Assembly: GCF_030028105.1 (NCBI RefSeq)
Contig: NC_092398.1
Coordinates: forward strand, 28,986,424-29,050,423
DNA: 64,000 bases
Source: Mobula birostris
Taxonomy: Eukaryota
Direction of reading: 5' to 3'
Of this stretch, positions 36,521 through 49,450 are shown piece after piece. Within the stretch, counting starts at the first letter, position 1; every line of letters starts with the position of its first letter. The position numbers and the translations under genes are program-made. The notes beneath the pieces were generated by a model. That model had not been told where the DNA came from. It saw only the letters and a list, made by a program, of their open reading frames with translations, and made no database searches.

Positions 36521-39339
36521 TGTTAAACTACCTGGTTCGTCCAAACTTGGAAAATTGTGTGAAGGATGGGAACCAAGTTTAATATCAAGATATTGAAATT
36601 GGGATGTGGAAGCTCGAGAAAAAGATGCACAGGAGATTTACCAGGATTAGAGATCAGGAGCAGACTAGGGCTTTTCTCTTTGAAGTGAAGGAGGATGAGA
36701 GGTGACTTGATAAAGGTGTACAAGATGACAAGAAACACCTATAGTAGAGTGGACAGTGGAAGACTTTGCCCCAGGGTGGCAATGGCTAACAGGAGGGGGC
36801 ATACCTTTAAGGTGTTTAGAGGAAAGTACAGGGGGAATGTCAGAGGTAGTATATTTAGGTGCATAATCTGGCACTGCTAAGGTTGTCATTAGGGACATTT
36901 AAGAGATCTTAGATACGCACATAGCTGACAGAATAATGGAAGCTGCTGTATGAGGGAAAGTTTAGATTGACCCTGTAGTAGATCAAGGGGTCGGCACAAC
37001 AATGTGGACCAAAGAGCTGGTACTGTGATCTACTGTTCTATGCACATGGTTGGTGAGATCTTGCTGTGGGCGTGCAGGGATGGGGAGGGAGGAGTTGTGT
37101 TGTGGGATCTGTTGGGTGGGGGCCGTACTATGGATTGAATGGGAATTTGTTTGATTGTGCATTGCCCGTGTTGCATGGATGCTTCCCATGTGCAGACTGG
37201 GTGGGGATTGTTGTCGTGTTATAGACTTGTACAACACACAACTGGACCCTTTTGCCCACCATGTGTTTGCTGACGTTTTTTTTCTATGTATGCTAATTCA
37301 CCCCTCCAACCCCCACCATATCCTGATAATACATGTACTTTGAATATACTTACACACCTTGCCCCTTTACTCCCCTGACCAAATACCTTTCAAATGTAAT
37401 GGTTGTGCCAGTTTCCACAGCCTCCAGTGGCAGCTCATTCTACATATCAACCATTCTTTATGTAAGAAAAAAAAGCGTATCCCTTCATGTCCCCTTTGAA
37501 ACTCATTCCTTTCACTTGAAATCTGTGCCCTCTTGTTTCCACTGTGTATGGATTGGTTGGGATGTTGTTGTGTAACTGGTGAGTGGGATCTTGCCATGTA
37601 CACAAGGTTGGAACTTGTCACAGAGTGGGATCGTGTTTGTGCTTTGTGCACGGGTGAGTTAGACGACAGATGACTTGATAGAGTTGTACAAGATGGATGG
37701 GCAATTGATCTGCACCTTGTATTTTCACTTGCTTCATTCATGAGTTCAAGTTTTTTGTGTCATTCGATATGAGAGGTCAGTGGAGAATGGCCAGACTGGT
37801 TCAAGTCGACAGGAAGGCGACTAACTCAAATAGCCATGTGTACTAACAGTGGTGTGTAGAAAGACATCTTCCAGCACGTCGAAACTTGAAGTGGATGGCA
37901 CAGCAGAAGACCATGTACTTACACTCGGTGGTCACTGTATTAGGTACAGGAGATACCTAATAAAGTGGTCACTGAGGGTGAGTAGATGTTTGTGTGGGTT
38001 CGTGTTTAATGTCCATACTTAAGGTCCGGTCTCCAGTTGCATTGGAATTCCTCATCCTTGACCAAGACCTCACTCTTGTCAACATCACGTGGCAAATGAT
38101 GTACAAGAGCCACTCCACATTAAAAATATTCACAATCTGTAGTAGCATATCACCCTTAGCCTAAGAAGACATGATCATAAAAACATTGGTATAATGCAAG
38201 TAATTCTAAGATTCAAAGTACATTTTTTTAATCGAAGTGTTTATACAGAATACACTTGCGAGTGGACAACACATAGAATTTCAAACATCAAACCGGGGGT
38301 CTAGTAGTATTCAGTTCAGTGCCCTGCCACTAGCTCGCTACAGGCTGCAGAGAAAAGCATTCTTTGCTAAGCGACGAAGATAGCATAGATTGCCCCGATC
38401 AAATCACTCAAAGGTAGCAAAAAAAGAGTAACCAGAATCCAGGGACATATGCCCAAAGCATGGCAACACTGTCCAGCAGAATCTTCAGACTGTGTTGGCA
38501 GTTGACATCAGCGACGCTTTTCTCTGTATGTTTTAATGTTTCAGTATACATGTGACAAATAAAACTAATTTATATTCTTTACTTTTGATTTCTGTTAGCC
38601 TCACCAAAGAGCATTTTACAGACATTAAATCTGCCCTCTCACATGCAAACATCCAGCATTTTTTCTTGCTGAGTGACAATGACTGCTTTGGTAGGGTCTG
38701 AGGAGGATTTGGGACTGTGAAACACAATAAGCACTCTGCACTTCGTGGCCACTTTATAAGGTACCTCCTGTACCTCCGGTACCTCATAAAGTGGCCACTG
38801 AGTATATGTTCATGGTGTTCTGCTGCTGCAGCTCATCCACTTCAAGGTTCAACATGCTGGCCTGAAACTCCTGTAATTTACGTATCGCAACACTAGGTTT
38901 ACAGTGGAGACATTCTCACTGGCTCTCCACTCAGTCTTGCAGCACCTGGACATCAGCAATACCTACATCAGGCTGCTGTTTATTGATTGCAGCTCAGGGT
39001 TCAACACCATCATGTTCTCAGTACTAATCAACAAGCCCCAAAATCTGGGCCTCTGTACTTCTGTCTGCAGATGGATCCTTGACTTCCCATAGTCAATGCA
39101 GATTGGAAATAACATCTCCTTCTCACTGGCTCACTTCAAGGATGTTTGCTTAGCCCACTGCCCTACTCTACACCCACAACTGTATTTAGGTACAGTTCAA
39201 ATGCTGCCTAGAAAAATTGCTGTTGATTGTTGGCAGAATTTTAGATGGCGACAAGGAGGTGTACATGATTGAGATAGATCAGTGGGTTGGGTGGTGTCGC
39301 AACAGCAACCTTGCACTCAATGTCACAAAGACAAATTGC

Positions 39340-41050
39340 GTGTCCTACCCATGTACACCAAGGTCCATCTGTCCTTTGACGCTACCCACCATTCATAGTG
39401 TGTGTGTCCTACAATTGTGGAGTGAAATCCCATTGTCCCTTGACACTTCCCAACATTCACTGTGTGTGTCTGTCGTGGTTTCTCATTTCTTACAAACAAC
39501 AAGGAGACGCAGAAAATCCTTCAAGACGTTTTAAACTTTAATTTGCAAATCAAAGCTGAGACAATCAGAAAGCTAGTAGCTGACTGCCCATCGAGGCTTG
39601 TACACAGCATTTTTTATAGCAATCTCCTATTTTAGCTACAATCCAGATGGCCTGTGATCACATATCATCAATACATCTGCTCTCGACCTTCCACTATTGT
39701 TTTACTCCCCAATTTAATTATGTCCTAGTTTACTTTTTAGACCAGGTGTCCCCTCATCCCTAACCACAGTTATTTCTTAATTGGTCTTGTTTTGACATAC
39801 TGCCACATATTTCATTACCCTACTCGCCACCGTTATTTTCCTACTTGGTTTCATTCTAGTTCTCTTCCTGAATTAATAGTGATTAGGTCAAAAGTCATGG
39901 CTACATAGTGAATACCCTCTATTCAGCTAGCAGTGGTTACATAGTAAATATAGAAAATATAATGTGTGCATTTGAGTAAATACTGAAATACTGTTGAGTA
40001 AATACTGTAAATACTGTAATACATAGAAAATACAATGTATGCGTTTACATTTTCCAATATGTCCAACCCTTCTACAATGAGGTCCCTCTGTTCCTTGATA
40101 CTCTACACCATTGTATACCATCTACCTTTGTATACCATCTGCCCCAGGATATTCCCACATCATACACGGTGTGTGCCAACAGCCTTGTACTGCCAACACC
40201 CTCTGAAACTCAACACTGCCCACTGTTCACTATGTGTCTCTTACCCTTGTACACCGAGGTCCCTCTTTCCCTCAATTCTCCACACCATTCGTAATGAGTG
40301 TCCTACCCTCGAAGACCGAGGTCACTCTGTCTCTCGACACCCCTCACCAGTCACGTAGTCTCTCCGACCCTTGTACACAGAACTGCACTTGAACCTCGAC
40401 TCTCCCCGCCACTCATAGTCTGTCTTTCCCTCTACACTGTGATGCCTCTGTCCCTTGACAATCCCCACCATTCAATATGGGTGTCCTACCCTTGTACACT
40501 GAGATCCCTCTATCCCTCGATTTTCCCTAAAATAAACAGTGTTTGTCTTATCCTTCCAATGCACACAAAATACTGGAGGAACTCAGCAGACCAGGCAGCA
40601 TCTATGGAAAAAGTACAGTTGATGTTTCAGGCCGAAACCCTTCAGAAGGACCCTTTATCCCTCTGCTATAAGGTATTGGACTGAAATGTCGACTGTACTA
40701 TTTTCTATTGATGCTTGTTTGATTTTCTCTTGTTTGTCCTACGCTTGTACACCGAGATCCCTCTATCCCCCGACACTCCCTATCATAAACAGTGTTTGTC
40801 CTACCCTAAAACACTGAGGACCCTTTATCCCTCAGCATTCCCTAACATAAACAGGGTTTGTCCTAGCCTTGGATATTGAGGTCTCCCGTCCCTTGACTTC
40901 CCACTACTTATGGATTTTGTCTTTTGGATTTTGCCCTTGTACAGCGAAGTCTCACTATACTTTGATACTCCCCATAGTTCACTCGGTGTGCAACCCTTCT
41001 ACACCAAGGTTCCTCTGCTCCTGGATACTCTACACCAGTTACGACGTGTG
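39340..41050. repeat. Degenerate ~60-65 bp tandem repeat in WA intron 1, broken by insertions
   Basis: Recurring gtgtcctacccttgtacac(c)gaggtccctctgtcccttgacactccccaccattca at 39340-39470, 40050-40550 and 40730-41040. Confidence 0.65.
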
Positions 41051-41231
41051 CCAGCTGAACCTCTTGACCATTTTTGCATGTTTTTATGCTGCCACATGAT
41101 TGGCTAATAAGATATTTATGTTAATGAGTACATATACCTAATGTGGCCACTGAGTGTTGTTTAAACATTAGTTGCAAAAATTGACAATGTGATTAAAAGT
41201 CTTTTTTACAATAATCTTTTTATCCTTTCAG

Positions 41232-41495
41232 AGACAGACACATTGGAAGTCACCATCTTCTTTGCAGATGACCCCAGCCTACCCAAGGGGGCAGCCGAGT
41301 TGAAGACTCAGGATAGAAGCATTGGTTACTATGACACCACGTTACCGAGAGCTCAGTTTCACTTGGCTAACTTAGAACACTTCCGTAAAACTATTGATAG
41401 CCTGTTGGAAGAGAATAAGGACAACACAATCGCATTGGCAAAGAGCCTGATGGATCAGGCGATGATGTTAACCAACAACTCTCTCCCCCCAAACG
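41232..41495 (+). CDS. WA: MHC W-category alpha chain, exon 2 (alpha1 domain)
   Basis: tatcctttcag acceptor, G|gtgagt donor, 264 nt, phase 1-1: ETDTLEVTIFFADDPSLPKGAAELKTQDRSIGYYDTTLPRAQFHLANLEHFRKTIDSLLEENKDNTIALAKSLMDQAMMLTNNSLPPN, with a C-terminal NNS glycan site typical of alpha1 domains. Confidence 0.88.
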
Positions 41496-43477
41496 GTGAG
41501 TCAAGATAGGAACGTAAACAGCTCAGTGTAGTGACTACCATCAGCCCAATAAAGTGTCCTCAGTATGGATTTAGCTTAAAGTACAGGCCCTTTGGTCACC
41601 ATGTTGTGATGACCTTTCAAACTACACCAAGATCAATCTTAAAAACGCAAACAACAGGAATTCTGCAGATGCTGGAAATTCAAGCAACACACATCAAAGT
41701 TGCTGGTAAACGCAACAGACCAGGCAGCATCTCTAGGAAGAGGTACAGTCGACGTTTCAGGCCGAGACCCTTCATCAGGACTAACTGAAGGAAGAGTTAG
41801 TAAGAGATTTGAGAGTGGGAGGGGGAGAGGGAGATCCAAAATGATAGGAGAAGACAGGAGGGGGAGGGATGGAGCCAAGAGCTGGGCAGGTGATTGGCAA
41901 AGGGGATATGAGAAGATCATGGGACAGGAGGTCCGAGGAGAAAGACAAGGCTGGGGGAGAACCCAGAGGATGGGCAAGGTATCATGGGACAGGAGGTCAA
42001 GATCAATCTAACCCTTTCCACCTACACAGTCCTCTAATTTCCTTTCATCCGTGTGCCTCTCTAAGAGTTTGTTAAATGTCCCTAATTTATCCACATCCAC
42101 CACCGCCTCTGGTAGGGTGTTCCAAGCGCCCACTAACTAGAGTTTTGTAGAGCTGCAACATTACCACCCAGCTCTTGAACTCAAAACTCTCCATCTGACG
42201 TTACCTCTCCACCCGCCCCCTGCACTTTCCTCCAAACACCTCAAAGTTATGCCCTGCTGCATTAGCCATTTCCACCCTGGGAAAGAGTCTTTGGCTGTCC
42301 ACTCTGTCTATGCCTCTTATTATCTTGTACACCTCTATCAAGTCACTGCTCATCCTCCTCTTCTCTGAAGAGATAAGCCCTAGCCTACTCAACCTATCCT
42401 CATACTGTAAGGGATGTTTTCTAATCCAGACACCATCCTGTAAACCTCCTCTGCACCCTCTCTAAAGCTCTGCATCCTTGCTATAATGAAGCGACTAGAA
42501 TTGAACACAAACAAGTGTGATCTAAGCATTACCTCGCGGCTCTTGAACTCAAACCCTCAACTGACAATGGCCGACACATCACAACCCCTTCTTAACAATC
42601 ATTTCACTGGAAATACTTTAGCTGGAAATTTGAGTAAATGGCTGGCACTGTGGTACGCTGACATAATTAATCCTTTGTTGTGTCAGGATACCACTGGCAG
42701 TTAGTTTCTCTCCCGTGGCTCCATTAGGTGACTGATGTGAACATTGATTGTCAAAGTGGGTCCAATGGCAGATCATCAGCAAGAAACCACTTCACCCTTC
42801 CTGCAGCAAAATGTTTCGGGCTGCTTTATTTCTATGCAGTAATACTGAATTTCAAAAGTAATTTTTATATCATTGGCGTTGCTAACGGGAATTACATGGA
42901 CTTGGTTCACTATCTTCCCACTATGGTTGTGTTGCCGGCGGTGAGTTGGCAATCTCGGGGAACAGCGGATGATGTACTCTTCTTGCTGCTGCTGTCAGGA
43001 AGAGATACAGGAGCCTCAGGACTGACACCACCATATTCAGGAATAGTTGTTGGCTATCAACCATCAGGCTCTTGAATCACTGGTAATAATTTCACTTGCC
43101 CCATCACTGAAATGTTTCCACACCTATGGACTCGCTTTCCAGGACTCTTCATCTCATGTTCTCAATATGTGTTGATTATTTATTTCTTGTTGTTATTTTT
43201 TTCCTTTTGTATTTGCACATTTTGCTGTGTTTTACAGACAGGTTGTTTTCCACCCTGTTGGGTTTGGTCTTCCATTGATTCATTTATGGTTATTGGATTT
43301 ACCAAGCATGCCCATGAGAAATCAAATTCCAGGGCTGTATATAGTGAAATATATGTGCTTTGATAATAAATTTACTTTGAATTCTAGAAGTTTGCATCCA
43401 GGACTGATACAAATTAATAGATAATAATCATCATCTAGTGCAACTGACAAAAAAAAATCTTTAATTTGTCCTTTTAG

Positions 43478-43759
43478 AAATCGGTGAGCTCTATCTGTAC
43501 TCAGAGAAACCAGCTGTCTTCGGGAAGGTAAACACTTTGACCTGTTTCGTCAGCGGCATTTTCCCACCAACCCTAACTGTAACGTTACAGAAGAACGCGC
43601 AACCTGTCAATGGCGAAGTTAACTCCTCACACCTCTCATTTGGCAAAGATTGGCGATTTCATGTGCTCCACTACACATACATCCAGCCAGCAGAAGGTGA
43701 CATATACTCCTGTAGAGTGCTCCATAAAATCAGCAAAGAGGAAAAAGTAATTTACTGGG
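43478..43759 (+). CDS. WA: MHC W-category alpha chain, exon 3 (alpha2 Ig-C1 domain, beta2-microglobulin-like)
   Basis: tttgtccttttag acceptor, G|gtaaga donor, canonical 282 nt: EIGELYLYSEKPAVFGKVNTLTCFVSGIFPPTLTVTLQKNAQPVNGEVNSSHLSFGKDWRFHVLHYTYIQPAEGDIYSCRVLHKISKEEKVIYW. Two Ig cysteines; residues match b2m Y10, L54, F56 and W60. Confidence 0.93.
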
Positions 43760-45362
43760 GTAAGAGAATGTTATGGTTGTTATTCTATAGATTTATTGAG
43801 TATGTCCACAGGAAAACGATAGGTACTTTGATGCTAAAGTTACTTTTTGAACTTTGAAAATACTCTGGGGTAAGTGATACAGGGCAGCAGAGTAGCATGG
43901 CAGTTAGCGCCGTGGTTAACAACACCAACTGTAAGATCAAGGTTTGATTCCTACTGCGGACTGTGAGGAGTTTCTATGTTCTCTCCGTGACCGCATAGGT
44001 TTTGTCCAGGCACACTGCTTTCCTCCCATGTTTCAAAGATTATGGGTTAAGGTTAATGAGTTCTGGGTTGCTATGTTGGCACCAGAAGTGTGGCAGCATT
44101 TGCGAGCTGCCCTCAGCACAATCCTCACTGTTATGATTGGATGCATTTCTCTGTATGTTTTGATCTTTCAACGTACACATGGCAAATAAAGCTTATCTCT
44201 GAAATCCAGCTCATTGCCTGCAGTGCTGACTGACAGTATTTTCCAGTGGAAGTGTTGAGATCAGGAGCTCAGCAAATACAAGGACAAGCTTCCCTTAGCA
44301 CATTTCAGCTAGCGTTGTACCACTCCAACCCAATCTGGAGCCGAGCCATGGATTCACTAATGAGGGGTAGTGCTGAAGCACTCCAACTGGATGAGATTGG
44401 TTTTAACCCTCGTGTTGCTCTGTTAGGTCAGTGAGAGGAAAACCAGCTCATGTTCCTGTTTACACTCAGTATCCAGCAATTCCCAGTGGAACATGAGGAT
44501 GCAATGTGACTATTTCGGTTTTCTGTTGATCAACCCTGCTGCCAATATTGATACAGCACAGAATAGACCCTTCCAGCTGCACCACCCAGCAACTCCCAAA
44601 TTTAACACTAACCTAATCACAGGACAATTTATAATGACCAATTAACCCATCAACTAGTACGCCATTGAACTGTGGGATGAAACCGGAGCACTTGGTGGAA
44701 ACCCATTTGGTCATAAGGAGAACATACAAATGACTTGCACACAGCTGCAGGAATTGAACCCAGTCACTGGTACTGTATCGTGCTAACCTCTGCACTACAG
44801 TGTTTTCGTTTATTGATAGCCATTTAGTCATTTAGTCATGGAAAAGTACAGCACAGAAGTAGGACATTTGCCCCACCTAGTCCATGCCAAACAATTTAAA
44901 CTGCCTACTTCCCTCGACCATAGCCCTCCAAACCCCTACATCCATATACCTATCCAAACTTCTCTTAAACGTTGAAATCAAGCTTGCATGCACCACATCT
45001 GCTGACAGCTCGTTCCACACTCTCACAATCATCTGAGCGAAGTAGTTTCCCCTTATCTTCCCCTTAAACTTTTCACCTTTCACCCTTCACCCATGACCTC
45101 TAGTGCAGCATCACTCAACCTCAGTGGAAAAAGCCTATCTATACTCCTCATAATTTTGTATCTAAAATCAGTCTAGGGCTGATCCTAGGAAAACTTTGGA
45201 CACCTGGAACCTTTGGAACACCTGCTTCACTATTGGAAAGTATATTCAGCTGAGAAAGGGAAATGGGGAAGAGGACAATTTAGTTTTGCCAGCTCATCTT
45301 TGTTCAAACTGATTTAAAAACTAGTTCCTCGTTCAAAATATGAGTATGTGCTTTGTTCACAG

Positions 45363-45535
45363 AACCAGAAGAACAAAGTAGTGCTGAAGAAATGGATACA
45401 AGCCAGATTGCTGTTTTGATCTGTGGGCTGATTATAGGAATACTTGGCACAGCAGTTGGACTCTTCTTATGTTTTCACTTGCGACTGCCTGGCTGCGACT
45501 CTTGGATAGTCTGGATCAATCCCTCTTCTCAATAA
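45363..45535 (+). CDS. WA: MHC W-category alpha chain, exon 4 (connecting peptide, TM, cytoplasmic tail, stop)
   Basis: tttgttcacag acceptor; EPEEQSSAEEMDTSQIAVLICGLIIGILGTAVGLFLCFHLRLPGCDSWIVWINPSSQ*; class II alpha TM motif C-GxxxGxxGxxxG. The four exons sum to 795 nt = 264 aa plus stop. First clear downstream AATAAA seen at 46697-46702. Confidence 0.9.
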
Positions 45536-46789
45536 GAAATGAATCTGCAATGTTTCACAGTCATCTGTACCTTGCTCTGTCACAATTAGGTGCACTCGGA
45601 TTTGTAAATATCATTCTCTTCCATCTTAAGTTGTTGATTTTAAATACCATGTTCTGATTTTGAAATTCTGTATTTCATCTGTCAGTCGGCCATTTACATG
45701 CACTGTCTGCTTAATACTACAGCAATCTCCTTCAGATAGATAAGGTCACAATCAGGTCGGGTCATAAAACGGATGGCACATTCGTTTTCAGAAATCAAAG
45801 TATTCAGTACATGAGTTGGGATGTTATGTTGAAGTTGTACAATACACCGGTGAAGCCTAATTTGGGAGCATTGTGTTCAGTTCTGGTCACCTACCTACCG
45901 AAAAGATTTCAATAAGATTGAAAGAATGCAAAGAAAATTTACAAGGACGTTGCTGGAAGTTGCAGGCCTGAATTAGAGGAAAGGTTGAGTAGGTTAAGAC
46001 CGTATTCCCTGGAGCACAGGAAACCAAAGGAGTTTTGATAGAGGTGGACAAAGTTATGAGGGGTGTAGATAAGGTAATTGCAAGCAGGCCTTTTCCACTG
46101 AGGTTGGGTGAGACTAGAACTAGAGTTCATGGCTTAAGGGTGGAAGTGAAATGTTAGGGGAATTAATTTGCTAAGGAATTTCAATTCAAGTTGGTCGCAA
46201 ATACATTGGACATGGATTTCAAAGTGACTAGAGGATACCCTTATTCAAGAATAAGGAAGAATGATTTGCTAACAGAGAGCTCGCCAAGTTTTCCAAAGAA
46301 AAATAGTCATAGCCTTTTTTATACTTGCACACAGAAGGTCAATTACATCAACGTTAAAAAAGTTCAATCCTGCCGAATGGTCTGGGCCCAAAACATCGAC
46401 TTTACTTTTTTCCATAGATGCTGCCTGGCCTGCTCAGTTCCTGCAGCATCTTGTGGATTATTGCAAGCACGCTGAGAGCCGAGTAGCCCCACCAACATCT
46501 TCCCCACTCCCATAGAGGGGTCACCCTGGAAATATTTTCTACAGCCATAGTCTCTTCACCAATGAAAGGGACGACAGCTACAACTAAATGCAATAAGGCT
46601 TGTTACTGGACAAAAGTGATATTTGCTGTTACCTCATTTGTTTGCCTTTACTTTTGCCATGTCTTTCTGTATTATTTTGCTGTATTTAACATGTGCAATA
46701 AAACGAATTACTGGGCAAAAGTGATTTTATTTTTACCTGAGTAAAAGTGAAACTTACAATTTTCCTTTTTTGGCCTTAACACTTTCATG

Positions 46790-47690
46790 TCTTAGATAGG
46801 TGGCGTTGTGGATAATGGTGTAGGTTTTCAAAGCTTGCAGAGAGATTTAGGCCAGTTAGAAGAGTGGGCTGAAAGATGACAGATGGAGTTTAATGTTGAT
46901 AAGTGTGAGGTGCTACATTTTGGGACTAATCAAAATAGGACATACATGGTAAATGGTAGGGCATTGAAGAATGCAGTAGAACAGAGGGATCTTGGAATAA
47001 TGGTGCATAGTTCCCTGAAGTTGAATCTGATGTGGATAGGGTGGTGAAGAAAGCTTTCGGTATGCTGGCCTTTATAAATCATAACATTGAGTACTGAAGT
47101 TCGGATGTAATGTTAAAATTGTACAAGGCATTGGTAAGGCCAAATTTGGAGTATTGTGCACAGTTCTGGTCACCGAATAATAGAAAAGTTATCAACAACA
47201 TAGAGAGAGTACAGAGAAGATTTACTAGAATGTTACCTGGGTTTCAGCACCTAAGTTACAGAGTAAGTTTGAACAAGTTGGGTCTTTATTCTTTAGACGT
47301 CGAAGGTTGAGGGGGAACTTGATAGAGGTATTTAAAATTATGAGCGGCAGAGATAGAGTTGACGTGCATAGGCTTTTTCGATTGACAGTAGAGGAGATTT
47401 AAACAAGAGGACATGAGCTGAGGGTCAGGGGGCAAAAGTTTAGGGGGAACACGAGGGGGAACTTCTTTACTCAGAGAATGCTCACTGTGTGGAACGAGCT
47501 TCCAGTAGAAGTGGTAGAGGCAGGCTCAATATTGTCATTTAAAGTAAAATTGGGTCGGTATGTGGACAGGAAAGGAATGGAGGGTTGTGGGCTGAGTGCA
47601 GGTCGGTGGGATTAGGTGAGAGTAAGCATTCGGCATGGACCAGAAGGGCCAAAATGGCCTGTTTCCGTGCTGTAATTGTTTCTGGTTATA
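46790..47690 (+). mobile_element. CR1 3' fragment. Other CR1 pieces at about 2560-3060(-), 8400-8800, 9090-9640, 10900-11190, 14660-15200, 18230-18820, 36590-37040, 42000-42560(-), 44810-45150(-), 45760-46200, 52340-53160, 54140-54710 and 61240-62130
   Basis: LYKALVRPNLEYCAQFWSP…ERVQRRFTRMLPG RT C-terminus and CR1 3' UTR. Confidence 0.85.
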
Positions 47691-48269
47691 TGTCTATGCC
47701 AAACATAAGCTACTACTTAAAAATGACATTTTGGAAATAGTGACAGTTGCATCTATTGAATGTTTGCACAAGCAATACATTAATAAAGCACCTTGTTAAA
47801 AATGGTTTAAATTCACAGGGTCCTCCCTACAATTTATGACCTAAGGCCAGCACTAGGCACATTGGTAAGTAAAGGAAGGTGCAGGGTGTTAACTCAGATA
47901 ACTCTTTATTCAGAATTTTCTTTCAAACTCTCTAATCTATTTTTGCGCTTCTGCTCTGCTGTGCCACATGCCAACGTAAACCACTTCCTTACCACCAATT
48001 TCTCTATTTTCACTTCTCTTTGTAAAGTAAATGAGCATTTCTTTACATATCACAATTACTGTTGTTCTAAATTAAGCCTAGGCATTAAGTCAGTGGATTC
48101 ACTGTAAATCTAAAAATAAATCTGTGTTGTTTGTGGAGAATAGAACGTTTGCACAAAATCTGCAGATCCTCTCTTTTGCAGCTAATGCCTCTCTGTAAAA
48201 CACCATTTCTGTTCTTGGGGCAGCTGTTAATTATTCCCCGTCTCCACAGTAGCTTAGAGATCAGTCAAA

Positions 48270-49450
48270 TGATCATAAACACAAAATAATCTGCAGATGC
48301 TGTGGTCAAAGCAACTCTCACAAAACTTTGGAGGAACTCAGCAGGTTGGGCTGCATCTGTTGAAAAGAACAGTCAACCTTTCGGGCCGGAACTCTTTGTC
48401 AGGACTAAAGAGAGAGGGAGCAGGGGCCCTATAAAGAAGCTGAGGGGAGGGGGGAAGGTGAAGGCTGGTAGGTGCCAGGTGAAAAACCAGTAAGGGGAAA
48501 GATAAAGGAGTAGGGGAAGGGAAGCAGGTAGGGAATAGGCAGGAAAGGTGAAAGAGCAATAGGGGAAAACACAATGGGTAGTAGGAGGAGGCGGAACCAT
48601 AAGGGAGGTGATAGGCAGCTGGGGGAGGGGGCAGAGTGAAACTAAGATGGGGGAAGGGAGGGGCAGGGAATTACTGGCAGTAGGGGAATTCAATGTTCAT
48701 ACCGAGGGGCTGGAGACTACCCAGACAGTATATGAATTGTTGCTCCTCCAACCTGAGTTTAGCCTCATCATAGCAGTAGAGGAGGCCATGTATGGACTTA
48801 TCCGAATTGGAACGTGAAGCAGTGTTGAAGTGGGTGGCAACGGTGAGATCCTGTCTGTTGTGGCGGACGGAGCGGAGATGCTATACGAAGCGGTCCCCCA
48901 ATCTGTGTGGGGTTTCACCGATGTAGAGGAAGCCGCACCAGGAGCACCGGATGCAATAGATGACCCAAACAGACTCACAAGTGAAGTGCTGCCTCACCTG
49001 GAAGGACTGTTTTGGGCCCTCAATGGTGGCAAGAGAAGAGGTATAGGAACAGGTGTAGCACTTACGCTTACAGGGATAAGTGCCGGATGGGAGATCCATC
49101 AGGAAGGACGTGTGGACCAGGGAGTCGCGGAGGGAACGATCCCTGCGGAAAGCAGAGAGGGGTGGAGAGGGAAAGATGCGCTTAGTTGTGGGGTCCTGTT
49201 GAAGGTGGCGGAAATTGAGTAGGATAATGTGCTGGATCCGGAGGCTGGTTGAGTGGTAGGCGAGGACAAGGGGAACTCTGTTCTGTTGTGGTGACGGGAG
49301 GATGGGGTGAGGGCCAAAGTGCGGGAATGGAGGAGATGCGGGTGAGGGCATCATTGATGACAGCAGAAGGGAAACCACGATCCTTAAAGAAAGAGGACAT
49401 TTGAGATATCCTGGAACAGAAATCCTCATCCTGGGAGCAGATGCGGCACA
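48270..49450 (-). mobile_element. Penelope-like element (GIY-YIG endonuclease). Short derivatives at about 33925-34540, 40550-40710, 41640-42000, 51115-51650, 53770-54030, 58900-59060 and 59930-60320
   Basis: PLVLAYH…FTCES…VIYCIRCSWCGFLYIGET…RLGDRF GIY-YIG motif with Cys pairs. Confidence 0.85.

Noticed and set aside
36268-45535. Calling the intact gene a classical MHC class II alpha, or beta2-microglobulin
   Set aside because: The alpha2 domain has b2m-type L54/F56/W60 residues that classical IIA lacks, while the alpha1 and TM exons exclude b2m.
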